Positions 17,543 through 27,266 of a stretch of 33,695 bases of DNA are shown here, piece by piece. The position numbers were made by a program, and so were the translations under genes. Under the pieces are notes generated by a model. That model saw only the letters and a list, made by a program, of their open reading frames with translations, did not search any database and had not been told where the DNA came from. How positions within the stretch are numbered: position 1 is the stretch's first letter; the number at the start of each line of letters is the position of its first letter. This stretch comes from Promethearchaeota archaeon (lineage in GTDB: Archaea > Asgardarchaeota > Lokiarchaeia > Sigyniarchaeales > SOKP01): contig JAEOTS010000024.1 of assembly GCA_016839745.1 (NCBI GenBank), positions 1 to 33,695 of the forward strand, in the 5' to 3' direction.

Positions 17543-19381
17543 ATGAAAGGTTTTGAAGGAAAACTTTTAGTAGTTGATCTAAGCAGCAAGGAGATAGGCG
17601 AAGAGCTAATTAAAGATTCAATTGCCGAGAAATTCCTTGGCGGTGCGGGATATGCATGTAGATACTTGTACGATAAGCTTGATAGGGATACTGACCCACT
17701 TTCACCAGACAATATCTTAATGTTCATGACAGGTCTTTTTTGTGGCTCTAACGCTCCTACAAGTGGAAGGTTCGTTGTCTGTGCTAAATCCCCTCTAACA
17801 GGGATATGGGGAGAATCTAATTGTGGTGGTTTTTTTGGTCCAGAATTAAGAAAAACAGGCTACGATGGAATAGTGATTAAAGGGGCTTCTAAAAATCCCG
17901 TATATTTAGATATAAACGAAAACGGAGCAGAAATCAAGGATGCTTCAAACTTGTGGGGAAAGGGGATTTTTGAAACATCCAAATTGTTGAAGGAAAATTC
18001 AGGATCCCCCTTAACTCGAGTTGCTTGTATAGGACAAGCGGGTGAAAATCTTGTAAAATACGCCATTGTTGCTTCTGAAGATAAGGCTGCTGGTAGAACT
18101 GGAATGGGTGCTGTCATGGGTTCAAAAAAATTAAAGGCGATTACAGTTAGAGGGAAAAAAAGGAAATACGATGCATTTGCACCTGAAGAATTTAAGGAAG
18201 CAGTTAAAGTCTCAACTGAAGAAATAAATTCTTCCTTTGCAACACAAGTTTTTGGTGAACTAGGTACGTCAAATCCGGTTGATATGTATAATGCCTCAGG
18301 TGAATTACCAATAAAGTATTGGACACAAGGAACTTGGGAAGGCGCATTCAATATATCGGGTTCTACTGCTTACGAGAAAATATTCACTGGGAGTTATCCC
18401 TGTTTCTCCTGTCCTATTGGTTGTTCAAAGAGAGCAAAAATTGATGAAGGGGAATTTAAAACCAATGGTGAAATTGAGGCAGCAGAATATGAAACCGTTG
18501 CAGGATTTGGTTCTATGATATTGAATGATAATCTTGAAGGAATTCAAAGAGCTAATTACCTCTGTAATGATTACGGAATAGACACCATTAGTGGTAGTGG
18601 CACCATAGCATTTATTTATTATCTCTTTGATAAAGGTAAAATCAGTGCTGAGGATATTAAGGGGTTAGACCCAAAATGGGGTGAAATAAAACCTGCTCTT
18701 GAGCTAATAAAAAAAATCACATTTAGGGAGGGAATCGGAGATATTATGGCGGAAGGTTCTGATTATGTTGGAAAAAAATTCAATATTCCTAAAGAGGAGA
18801 TCGCTACAGTTTACGGAATGGAGATACCCTACCATGATTTACGGCGAATGTATGGTATGGCGGCTGGTTATGCCTTAGCTACCCCTCGAGGACCCTGTCA
18901 CAATTCATGTGATGCATATATGGCAATTCTAGGGCTACCACTTAGCGAATTTGGAATCGAATTAAATGTTGATTGGTACCAAGATGATGAACCAATGGCA
19001 GAATTTTGTGCCCGCATTCAAGATTACCGTGCGGTGTATAATTCACTAATTATTTGCGTATTTGCTAATCCTCCATCCGAGACGATTCTAGATATGGTAA
19101 CAACAGCAACTGGTTTAAATCTCTCTATGGAAGAGTTTAAAAAGCTAGGGGAACGTATTTACATGATTAAAAGATTATTCAACTTAAAAATGGGACTTAC
19201 TGTAGCAGATGATAGATTACCAAAGATCGTATTAAATCCAGTTAATGAAGGAGGTTCAGCGGGAAAAACACCAAATTTCCAACAATTAAAAGACGCTTAT
19301 TACCAGTATCGACAATTTGATAAATTATCTGGATATCCAAATCAAGAAAAACTGAAAGATCTCGGTTTAGATAATATATAA
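17543..19381 (+). CDS. aor: Aldehyde:ferredoxin oxidoreductase family (tungstopterin) enzyme
   Basis: AKSPLTG, ESNCGG, AAGRTGMGAVMGSKKLKAI, Fe-S motif CFSCPIGC, EYET, CNDYGIDTIS and DDRLP. Substrate subfamily is not determinable. Confidence 0.93.
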   Translation: MKGFEGKLLVVDLSSKEIGEELIKDSIAEKFLGGAGYACRYLYDKLDRDTDPLSPDNILMFMTGLFCGSNAPTSGRFVVCAKSPLTGIWGESNCGGFFGPELRKTGYDGIVIKGASKNPVYLDINENGAEIKDASNLWGKGIFETSKLLKENSGSPLTRVACIGQAGENLVKYAIVASEDKAAGRTGMGAVMGSKKLKAITVRGKKRKYDAFAPEEFKEAVKVSTEEINSSFATQVFGELGTSNPVDMYNASGELPIKYWTQGTWEGAFNISGSTAYEKIFTGSYPCFSCPIGCSKRAKIDEGEFKTNGEIEAAEYETVAGFGSMILNDNLEGIQRANYLCNDYGIDTISGSGTIAFIYYLFDKGKISAEDIKGLDPKWGEIKPALELIKKITFREGIGDIMAEGSDYVGKKFNIPKEEIATVYGMEIPYHDLRRMYGMAAGYALATPRGPCHNSCDAYMAILGLPLSEFGIELNVDWYQDDEPMAEFCARIQDYRAVYNSLIICVFANPPSETILDMVTTATGLNLSMEEFKKLGERIYMIKRLFNLKMGLTVADDRLPKIVLNPVNEGGSAGKTPNFQQLKDAYYQYRQFDKLSGYPNQEKLKDLGLDNI

Positions 19382-19412
19382 TTTTTATTCTTGTTTTTTT
19401 ATTCTTTTTCTT
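19382..19412 (+). terminator. Oligo-T terminator region after aor
   Basis: Consecutive T5-T7 runs immediately after TAA. Confidence 0.5.
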
Positions 19413-19482
19413 AATTTCATGTAAAACTTGTATCTAGGTAATATTGTTAAATGTTAAATATTAAAGGGAGTTAGATAAAAAT

Positions 19483-21495
19483 ATGGATATTTCAAAAGCT
19501 ATGAAGATTAAATTATCAGATAAATTACCTGAACTTCCCGAATTTAAGGAAGGTATCCGTAGGGCTCCAAATCGTGGTTTTAATCTAAATCGCGAGGAAA
19601 CAGTTATTGCTTTGAAAAATGCTTTAAGATATCTCCCTGAGAAGCTTCATAAGCAAATTGCCCCCGAATTTTTAAATGAGCTATTAACGAGAGGAAGAAT
19701 CTATGCATATCGTTTCCGTTCCTCTGGACAAATAAAAGCTAAACCCATCGATGGCTATAAAGGTATTCTTGAAGCAAGAGCAATACAATTAATGATTGAT
19801 AATAATTTAGATTTTGATGTTGCACTTTATCCCTATGAATTAGTTACTTATGGTGAAAGTGGACAGGTTTGTCAAAATTGGCTTCAATACAGATTAATCA
19901 TGCAATACCTTGAAGTTTTAGAGGAGGATCAAACACTTGTGGTTATGTCTGGTCACCCCCTTGGTTTGTTCGCTAGTAAAAGAAATGCTCCACGTGTAAT
20001 TATGACTAACGGTTTAATGGTTGGTTTATTCGACACACCCAAAGAATTCCACCGAGTCTCGGCAATGGGGGTCGCAAATTATGGCCAAATGACAAGTGGT
20101 GGCTGGATGTATATTGGCCCACAAGGTATCGTTCACGGAACATATATTACATTACTAAATGCTGGAAGACTTTATTTAGGAATACCTCCTAAGGAAGGTC
20201 TTCGAGGAATATTATATCTTACTTCAGGACTAGGAGGTATGAGTGGTGCCCAAGCCAAAGCGATAGAAATTGCAGGTGGTATCGGAATTATAGCAGAAGT
20301 TGATAAATCTCGGATTGAAACTCGTTACGAGCAAGGATGGGTAAGTAAAGTATCAAATAATCTTGAAGAAATCTTCAATTGGGTAGAAGAATATAAAGAG
20401 AGAAAAGATTCGATATCAATAGCTTTTCATGGGAATGTTGTTGATATATGGAACTATGTTGTAGATAATAATATTGAAGTTGAGCTTGCTTCAGATCAAA
20501 CATCTTGCCATGCCCCCTATGAAGGAGGTTATACTCCTATTAGTCTAACCTTTGAAGAAGGTAGAAATCTATTAGAGTCAGATAGAAAAGAGTATGAAAA
20601 GTTAGTTGATGATTCATTACGCGAGCAATATAAACTGATCAAAACTATGGTTAATAGGGGTACAAAATTCTGGGACTATGGAAATTCTTTTCTTAAAGCT
20701 GTTTACGATGCAGGAGTTCAAGAAATCGCGATTGATGGAGATCCTAAAAACGGTTTCATCTTTCCTTCTTATGTTGAACATATTATGGGGCCAATATGCT
20801 TTGATTATGGATACGGACCTTTTAGGTGGGTGTGTTTAAGTTTAGACCATTCAGATTTAATGAAAACAGATCAAGTTGCTCTATCTTGTATAGATCCAAA
20901 TCGTAGAGCTCAAGATCGTGATAATTGGTATTGGATTAAAAACGCTGAGATGAATAAATTGGTAGTTGGTTCACAAGCTCGAATATTATATGCCGACATG
21001 GAAACCCGTGTAAAAATTGCTTTAAAATTCAACGAATTAGTTAGATCTGGAGAGATAGGACCTATTATGCTTGGTAGAGATCATCACGATGTGTCCGGTA
21101 CAGATTCTCCATTTAGAGAGACATCAAATATAAAAGATGGAAGTAATATTATGGCGGATATGGCTCACCAAAGTTGGGCGGGAAACATAGCTCGAGGTAT
21201 GACGATGTGTGTATTATCTAATGGAGGGGGTGTAGGTACGGGAAAAGCTATTAATGGAGGATTTGGATTAGTTTTAGATGGATCTGAACGCGTCAATGAA
21301 ATTATAAGAAGCGCTATTAACTGGGATGTATCGTGTGGAGTAGCAAGAAGAGCTTGGGCGAGAAACACAAATGCTATTGACACCGCATATAAGTGGAATG
21401 TGGAGCATAAGGATAAAGGACAAATTACCTTACCCTTTCAAATAGATGAAGATATGATTAAAAGTATTGTAGATTCAGAACTAGAAAAAGATTAA
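19483..21495 (+). CDS. hutU: Urocanate hydratase (long ~670-aa type)
   Basis: MIDNNLD, PYELVTYG, YGQMTSGGWMYIGPQGIVHGT, GLGGMSGAQ, SDQTSCH, GPFRWV, GRDHHDVSGTDSPFRET and NGGGVG. Confidence 0.97.
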   Translation: MDISKAMKIKLSDKLPELPEFKEGIRRAPNRGFNLNREETVIALKNALRYLPEKLHKQIAPEFLNELLTRGRIYAYRFRSSGQIKAKPIDGYKGILEARAIQLMIDNNLDFDVALYPYELVTYGESGQVCQNWLQYRLIMQYLEVLEEDQTLVVMSGHPLGLFASKRNAPRVIMTNGLMVGLFDTPKEFHRVSAMGVANYGQMTSGGWMYIGPQGIVHGTYITLLNAGRLYLGIPPKEGLRGILYLTSGLGGMSGAQAKAIEIAGGIGIIAEVDKSRIETRYEQGWVSKVSNNLEEIFNWVEEYKERKDSISIAFHGNVVDIWNYVVDNNIEVELASDQTSCHAPYEGGYTPISLTFEEGRNLLESDRKEYEKLVDDSLREQYKLIKTMVNRGTKFWDYGNSFLKAVYDAGVQEIAIDGDPKNGFIFPSYVEHIMGPICFDYGYGPFRWVCLSLDHSDLMKTDQVALSCIDPNRRAQDRDNWYWIKNAEMNKLVVGSQARILYADMETRVKIALKFNELVRSGEIGPIMLGRDHHDVSGTDSPFRETSNIKDGSNIMADMAHQSWAGNIARGMTMCVLSNGGGVGTGKAINGGFGLVLDGSERVNEIIRSAINWDVSCGVARRAWARNTNAIDTAYKWNVEHKDKGQITLPFQIDEDMIKSIVDSELEKD

Positions 21496-23025
21496 TTGAA
21501 TTTGATTAAAATGAGTAAAAACTTTAAATATGGAATTGACTTTTTAACGCCTGATTTAGCTTTGCAAATTGCTAATGGAGAGATAAAAGGAATAATAACT
21601 GAAGACGTAAAATTAAAAGTCAAAAAGAATTATGAAGCAGTTCAAAAAATAGCTACAGGTGAAAAATTAGTCTATAGTGTTAACACTGGTTTTGGTTCGC
21701 TGTGCACTACTATAATTTCAAAAGAGGAAACAGGTAAATTACAAGAAAATCTTCTAAAAAGTCATAGCGTAGGTCTTGGTGATCCTATTGGACACCAGTT
21801 ATCAAAACTTATGATGATTTTGAAAATTCAAGCTTTATGCAAAGGATTTTCTGGAATATCCTTGGAAGTAATTGAACGAATTAATTGGCATGTAGAAAGC
21901 AATGTAATTCCATTAGTTCCAGAACAAGGTTCTGTTGGAGCATCCGGAGATCTCGCTCCTCTAGCTCATTTGTTCTTACCGCTCATTGGGTTAGGATATT
22001 TATCAAAAGATGGTAAAAATTATATCAAATCTCGTGAAATATTACAAAAACACGACTTAACTCCTTTAAAATTACAAGCTAAGGAGGGTTTAGCTTTAAT
22101 TAACGGCACACAATTTATTACTGCTCATGCGATAGTTATACATGAAAAATTTAGAAATTGCCTTGATAATGCTGATATCATTGGGGCTCTAAGCCTTGAA
22201 GCTTATTTAGGCTCAGCGCAGCCATTTGACGAGAATTTAATTAATTTAAGACCACATCAAGGAGCTATTATTGTTGCTGAAAAAATTAGGAAATTTTTAA
22301 AAGATTCTCAATTTATTGAATCTCATAAGGATTGTGGAAGGGTCCAAGATCCATATTCTATTCGGTGCATACCTCAAGTCCATGGTGCCTCTCGAGATGC
22401 ATTCTTACACTTTAAAGAGGTAGTAGAGTGTGAATTAAACTCAGTAACAGACAATCCTATTATAATTAATGAAAATAAAACTATAAGTGGGGGAAATTTC
22501 CATGGTCAACCACTCGCACTTCCATTGGATTATGTTGGTTTAGCCGCCTCTGAAATAGGAAATATATCCGATAGAAGGACATATCTTCTCTTGGAAGGAA
22601 AATGGGGTTTACCCGCTTATTTAATTGAAGAAACCGGATTAAATTCGGGTTTCATGATAACGCAATATACTTCAGCAGCTTTAGTTAGCGAGAATAAATC
22701 GATGTGCTTCCCTGCAAGTGCTGATAGTATCCCAACGTCAATGGGACAAGAAGATCATGTAAGTATGGGATCAATTAGTGCGCGAAAAACACTTCGAATT
22801 GTAAATAACCTTGAAAAAATATTGGCTATCGAACTCTTATGTGCCGCTCAAGCATTTGATTTTAGGAGACCTCTGAAATCCAGCATAATTTTAGAAGCTT
22901 GTCATGCCCATATTCGTAAAAAAATCCCCCATATCAACGAAGATGTTGTTTTATCGGAATTGATTGAAATTGCTTTAGATACTATAAAGAGCAAAGAATT
23001 AGTGTATATTTCTAATAAAGAATAA
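21496..23025 (+). CDS. hutH: Histidine ammonia-lyase
   Basis: YSVNTGFG, MIO-forming GSVGASGDLAPL, KEGLALINGTQ, QDPYSIRCIPQVHG, GGNFHG and QEDHVSMG. Start may be ATG 21511. Confidence 0.97.
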   Translation: MNLIKMSKNFKYGIDFLTPDLALQIANGEIKGIITEDVKLKVKKNYEAVQKIATGEKLVYSVNTGFGSLCTTIISKEETGKLQENLLKSHSVGLGDPIGHQLSKLMMILKIQALCKGFSGISLEVIERINWHVESNVIPLVPEQGSVGASGDLAPLAHLFLPLIGLGYLSKDGKNYIKSREILQKHDLTPLKLQAKEGLALINGTQFITAHAIVIHEKFRNCLDNADIIGALSLEAYLGSAQPFDENLINLRPHQGAIIVAEKIRKFLKDSQFIESHKDCGRVQDPYSIRCIPQVHGASRDAFLHFKEVVECELNSVTDNPIIINENKTISGGNFHGQPLALPLDYVGLAASEIGNISDRRTYLLLEGKWGLPAYLIEETGLNSGFMITQYTSAALVSENKSMCFPASADSIPTSMGQEDHVSMGSISARKTLRIVNNLEKILAIELLCAAQAFDFRRPLKSSIILEACHAHIRKKIPHINEDVVLSELIEIALDTIKSKELVYISNKE

Positions 23026-23037
23026 AAGAGGAATTTT

Positions 23038-24369
23038 ATGAATGTAAGATCTACTCCATCCCCTAAAAGAATAAAAAGAAAAGATCCAAACAATAATGAT
23101 CAAGCACCTCAAGTAGATTTAATTATTATTCACGCAAATGAACTGGTAACAATGGATACCACTTACGGTGTTCCAAGAGTAGGTTTGGACATGAAAAACT
23201 TAGCGATTATTCCAGATGGAGCTGTAGCAATTTTTCATGACTCTATAATATTTGTAGGAACTACGCAAGAATTAAGTGCTAATTTCCCTCCTAGTGAGGA
23301 GACAGTTATTGTCGATGCAACTAATCGGTTAGTCACTCCTGGCTTTATAGATCCCCATACTCATATTATTTTTGATGGTTACAGAGAAAATGAGCTTGAA
23401 ATGAAACTTTCTGGTAAGAATTATATGGAAATTTTGGAAGCTGGAGGAGGAATTTTAAAGACAGTTAAGGCTACCAGAGAAGCTCCGTTAGGGCGGTTAA
23501 TTAAAAATGGGAAAATTATTCTAAATAGGATGATGGATTACGGTACAACTACAATAGAAACGAAATCAGGATATGGGTTAGATACCGAAAACGAAATCAA
23601 ATCGTTGCTCGCTGCAAAAGAATTAGACATCGAGCACCCCATAGATGTAATATCGACATTCTTAGGTGCTCATGCAGTTCCCCCTGAATATGAAGGGAAA
23701 ACCGATGAATATGTCGAATTAATAATTTCGGAAATGATTCCAAGAATAGCAAAAGAAGAATTAGCAGAATATTGTGATGTTTTTTGTGAAGAAGGGATTT
23801 TTTCGATAGACCAAACTAAAAAAATCTTATTAACAGCCATTAAATATGGTATGAAACCACAGATTCACATCGATGAAATTGTCGATACTAATGGTGCATT
23901 ATTAGCAGCCGAATTAAAAGCAGTGCAAGTAGGACACATGCTAAAATCTAATAATAATGGTTTAGAAGCGTTGAAAAAAACCAAAACTATTGCTACGCTA
24001 TTACCTGGAACTCCTTTTTGCTTAATGTTGAAAGATTATGCTCCTGCAAGAAAAATGATTGAAATGGGTATTCCAATAGCTCTTGCTACTGATCTTAATC
24101 CAAATTGCTGGACAGAATCAATGCAGATGATAATCGCATTGGCTTGTTATCACATGAAGCTTTCACCCGCGGAAGCATTAACAGCGGCCACAATTAACGC
24201 AGCTTGTGCTATTGAACGGCAAGAAGAAATTGGCAGTTTAGAACTTGGCAAAAAAGCAGATATAATAGTTTTTGACGTACCAAATCATAACTTTCTCCCT
24301 TACCAATTTGGCGTGAATTTAGTATCCAAGGTTATAAAAAATGGTAAAATTGTAGTAGATTTTGAATAA
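23038..24369 (+). CDS. hutI: Imidazolonepropionase
   Basis: PGFIDPHTH, GGGILKTV, GTTTIETKSGYGL, TFLGAHAVP, DVFCE and ATDLNP. Confidence 0.96.
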   Translation: MNVRSTPSPKRIKRKDPNNNDQAPQVDLIIIHANELVTMDTTYGVPRVGLDMKNLAIIPDGAVAIFHDSIIFVGTTQELSANFPPSEETVIVDATNRLVTPGFIDPHTHIIFDGYRENELEMKLSGKNYMEILEAGGGILKTVKATREAPLGRLIKNGKIILNRMMDYGTTTIETKSGYGLDTENEIKSLLAAKELDIEHPIDVISTFLGAHAVPPEYEGKTDEYVELIISEMIPRIAKEELAEYCDVFCEEGIFSIDQTKKILLTAIKYGMKPQIHIDEIVDTNGALLAAELKAVQVGHMLKSNNNGLEALKKTKTIATLLPGTPFCLMLKDYAPARKMIEMGIPIALATDLNPNCWTESMQMIIALACYHMKLSPAEALTAATINAACAIERQEEIGSLELGKKADIIVFDVPNHNFLPYQFGVNLVSKVIKNGKIVVDFE

Positions 24370-24385
24370 TTAGCTAAACTAGATA

Positions 24386-25312
24386 CTAGAAATCAAAATA
24401 ATCTTCCAATAAATGCTTTGGTTCAAGTTTCTTAGGGTTTTCAAGCTGTAAGTAATAATCTAACGAATTTAGAACAGCATCTAAAGGTAGCACTCCTACT
24501 AACTCGGTCCCAATGACGGATACTCCATAACGTGCAGCTTCAATCCGTACGAGTTCCATCTGACGATAAAGAGGAGTTTTTTTAAAGTTAATATTGCTAA
24601 TACCCACTTGAACGCAATCCCTATCTTTTAACTCGGTACCCATTGCTTTAACATTTACTAATCCTCCCGATTGCAAGTGTATCGCTTTAGCTACTTTTTT
24701 TGCTATTTTTACATCTTTAGTCCCTAGGTTGATGTTAAAGCTAATAAGAGGATACCTAGCTCCCGTAATAGTAGCGCCTGCGGTTTGATGGAATTTAGAG
24801 AGCCCAAAATCTGGTTTTCTTCTTGGATCTTTTTCAATACTTTCTTTCAATCCCTCATATTCCCCGAGTCGTATGTTATCAATATTTTTTCTTTCTGGAA
24901 TGTCAGCCGATTCTTCATATAAATATACCGGAACCCCTTCTTTTACCATTTCTTCAGCAAATCTTTTTGATAATTCAATACACTCTTCAATTGAAACATT
25001 TTGAGCGGGGACAAACGGTACTACATCAATCGCACCTATGCGGGGATGTTGACCTTTATGTTTGTTCATATCAATTAATTCTATTGCCTTTTTAGCGGCA
25101 GCAATATTTGCACTTAAAACGGCTTCAGGAGCGCCCACAAAAGTAATAACTGCTCTATTGTAATCTGAATCGTATTGAACGTCAACAATTCTAGTTTTTG
25201 GGGTATTTTTAATTTCAGAAACGATCTGTTCGACTTTACTTCCATTTGTGCCTTCACTATAGTTCGGTACGGACTCAACGATCTTTTTGATTTTATTTTC
25301 CATAATAATCAT
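24386..25312 (-). CDS. ftcD: Glutamate formimidoyltransferase (stand-alone FT domain, no cyclodeaminase fusion)
   Basis: VESVPNYSEG, DYNRAVIT, HKGQHPRIGAIDVVPF, PVYLYE, IRLGEYEG, TAGATITGAR and SGGLVNVKAMG. Start may be ATG 25303. Confidence 0.94.
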   Translation of the reverse strand: MIIMENKIKKIVESVPNYSEGTNGSKVEQIVSEIKNTPKTRIVDVQYDSDYNRAVITFVGAPEAVLSANIAAAKKAIELIDMNKHKGQHPRIGAIDVVPFVPAQNVSIEECIELSKRFAEEMVKEGVPVYLYEESADIPERKNIDNIRLGEYEGLKESIEKDPRRKPDFGLSKFHQTAGATITGARYPLISFNINLGTKDVKIAKKVAKAIHLQSGGLVNVKAMGTELKDRDCVQVGISNINFKKTPLYRQMELVRIEAARYGVSVIGTELVGVLPLDAVLNSLDYYLQLENPKKLEPKHLLEDYFDF

Positions 25313-25337
25313 GAAAGTATAACTATAATATTACTAA

Positions 25338-26600
25338 TTATAAAGAATATTTTTTCAACTTATAGGTTTTATCAGTGAAAATATAGATTGTATCTTCTCC
25401 GTTACCAATTACTCTCCCATCAACACGCAACTTTATACTAATTTTATGTTTTGCGGTGCCTTGTGGAGTTTTGTCTACCAATTTACCGTCGTAGATTATT
25501 TGTTTAGCCTTTTGATGCAAATAGGTGTCTGTTTTTTTGCCCATGATAACAACATCGTCGTTTTTCTTTAAATAACCATTGTTTAGAGAAATAAGTGCAT
25601 AGTTTTCTTTTGGATAATACTCTTTAATTATACCTAATCTTATATATCTAAAATGCGATAAATTTGCTGGTGATTTATGTTGATGATCTTCTTCTGTAAT
25701 TCTCTTAAAGTAAAATCCCGGAGTAAATCCACGATTATATACTTTCTTTAATTCTGTTACCCATTTACCAGCTTTTTTTTTTGTAAACGTACCCTCGTAA
25801 TACGCTTCAATAGCCTCACGATATGTTTTCGTAACAATCTCTACATAATGTGGGTGTCGCATTCTACCTTCAATTTTAAATGCGTCAACCTTAGCTTCGA
25901 TAAATTGGGGAATATAGGAAATTGTACACAAGTCCCTTGAATTCATAAATCTTACTCCATCATATATGTATTCAGCACCAGATTCTTCCCTTACCCACCA
26001 CCGTCTTCTACAAGGTTGTATGCAACTCCCCCGATTCGCGGATTTTTCTTCTGTACCACAAATATCTTGAGAGAAATAACACCTACCGCTTATAGAAGTA
26101 CACATTGCTCCGTGAATAAAAATTTCTATTTCGGATTTGGTGAGATTCCTCTTTATTTCTTTAATTTTCTCTAACGATAGTTCTCTTGCCAGTATCAATC
26201 TTTCTGCTCCTAAATTCTCGTAAAATCTTGCAGATAAAGAGTTAGATACATTGCATTGTGTAGACACATGAAATCGCACTCTCATTTCTTTTGCTATTTC
26301 AATAGCTGCAATATCGTGTACAATAAATGCATGAATCCCTGCTTCTTTTCCTTTTTCTATGATATCGCGTAAGTGGTTTAATTCGTTATCATATACCAAA
26401 ATATTTGTAGCTAAATATGCTTTTAACCCAACTTTGCGGCAAAAATCCATAACTTTATTTAAATTCTCCAAAGCGATATTTTCAGATCGCATACGCATAT
26501 TGAATTTTTCAATTCCAAAATAAACTGAGTCAGCGTATTGAGAAGCTGCTTTAATGGATTTTAAATTTTTAGCTGGAGCTAGTAATTCAACTTTTTTCAT
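25338..26600 (-). CDS. Peptidase U32 family Fe-S protein (TrhP/RlhA/UbiU-like O2-independent hydroxylation factor)
   Basis: ELLAPA, HVSTQ, LARELS, EIFIHGAMCTSISGRC...SANRGSCIQPCR (4 Cys) and FKIEGRM. ATG 26600 is preferred over the ORF-track start 26609. Confidence 0.92.
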   Translation of the reverse strand: MKKVELLAPAKNLKSIKAASQYADSVYFGIEKFNMRMRSENIALENLNKVMDFCRKVGLKAYLATNILVYDNELNHLRDIIEKGKEAGIHAFIVHDIAAIEIAKEMRVRFHVSTQCNVSNSLSARFYENLGAERLILARELSLEKIKEIKRNLTKSEIEIFIHGAMCTSISGRCYFSQDICGTEEKSANRGSCIQPCRRRWWVREESGAEYIYDGVRFMNSRDLCTISYIPQFIEAKVDAFKIEGRMRHPHYVEIVTKTYREAIEAYYEGTFTKKKAGKWVTELKKVYNRGFTPGFYFKRITEEDHQHKSPANLSHFRYIRLGIIKEYYPKENYALISLNNGYLKKNDDVVIMGKKTDTYLHQKAKQIIYDGKLVDKTPQGTAKHKISIKLRVDGRVIGNGEDTIYIFTDKTYKLKKYSL

Positions 26601-26754
26601 ATAAAACAAGATCAGAATTCAAATTTTGCTCTAATTAATGTATATTATAAGGAAAAATAAAATTTTCTTTTATACTCTCAATTTGATTAGAATAAATAAA
26701 ATCAAATTTGATTATTTCCTTTTTTAATAATAAATAACAAATCACATTAGGAAC

Positions 26755-27231
26755 ATGAGTCAAGAAAACAAAATGAGAATATCGAAAGACGAATATTTTT
26801 TAAAAATTGCTGAACTCGTATCTAAAAGGAGTACTTGTATAAAGCGTAATGTGGGTTCAGTGTTAGTTAAAGATTCTCATATTTTATCAACGGGATATAA
26901 TGGGGCTCCATCAGGATTTAAGCATTGCACTTCAAAAACATGCGTGAGACAGAACTTAAAAAGTGGAGAGAAACCAGAATTATGTCGAGGTGTGCATTCA
27001 GAAATTAATTGTATCATCCAAGCCGCCATTCATGGTACTTCAATCCAAGGTAACACAACTCTTTATACTACACATTTTCCTTGTATGGCCTGTTTAAAAT
27101 TAATCATTAACGCTGGAATCAAAAAACTTGTATATAAGGAAGGATATAATATGGAAAATAAGATAAAAGAAGAATTGTTGAATGAATCCAAATTAGACGT
27201 CCAACAACTTAATTTTAAGAAAAATCTATAA
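26755..27231 (+). CDS. dCMP deaminase family (ComEB-like) zinc-dependent deaminase
   Basis: RSTC..R.VG, STGYNGAP, HSEIN (HxE) and PCMAC. Confidence 0.92.
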   Translation: MSQENKMRISKDEYFLKIAELVSKRSTCIKRNVGSVLVKDSHILSTGYNGAPSGFKHCTSKTCVRQNLKSGEKPELCRGVHSEINCIIQAAIHGTSIQGNTTLYTTHFPCMACLKLIINAGIKKLVYKEGYNMENKIKEELLNESKLDVQQLNFKKNL

Positions 27232-27266
27232 GTTCCTAAATTTTTCTAATACCAATAAAAGAATAA

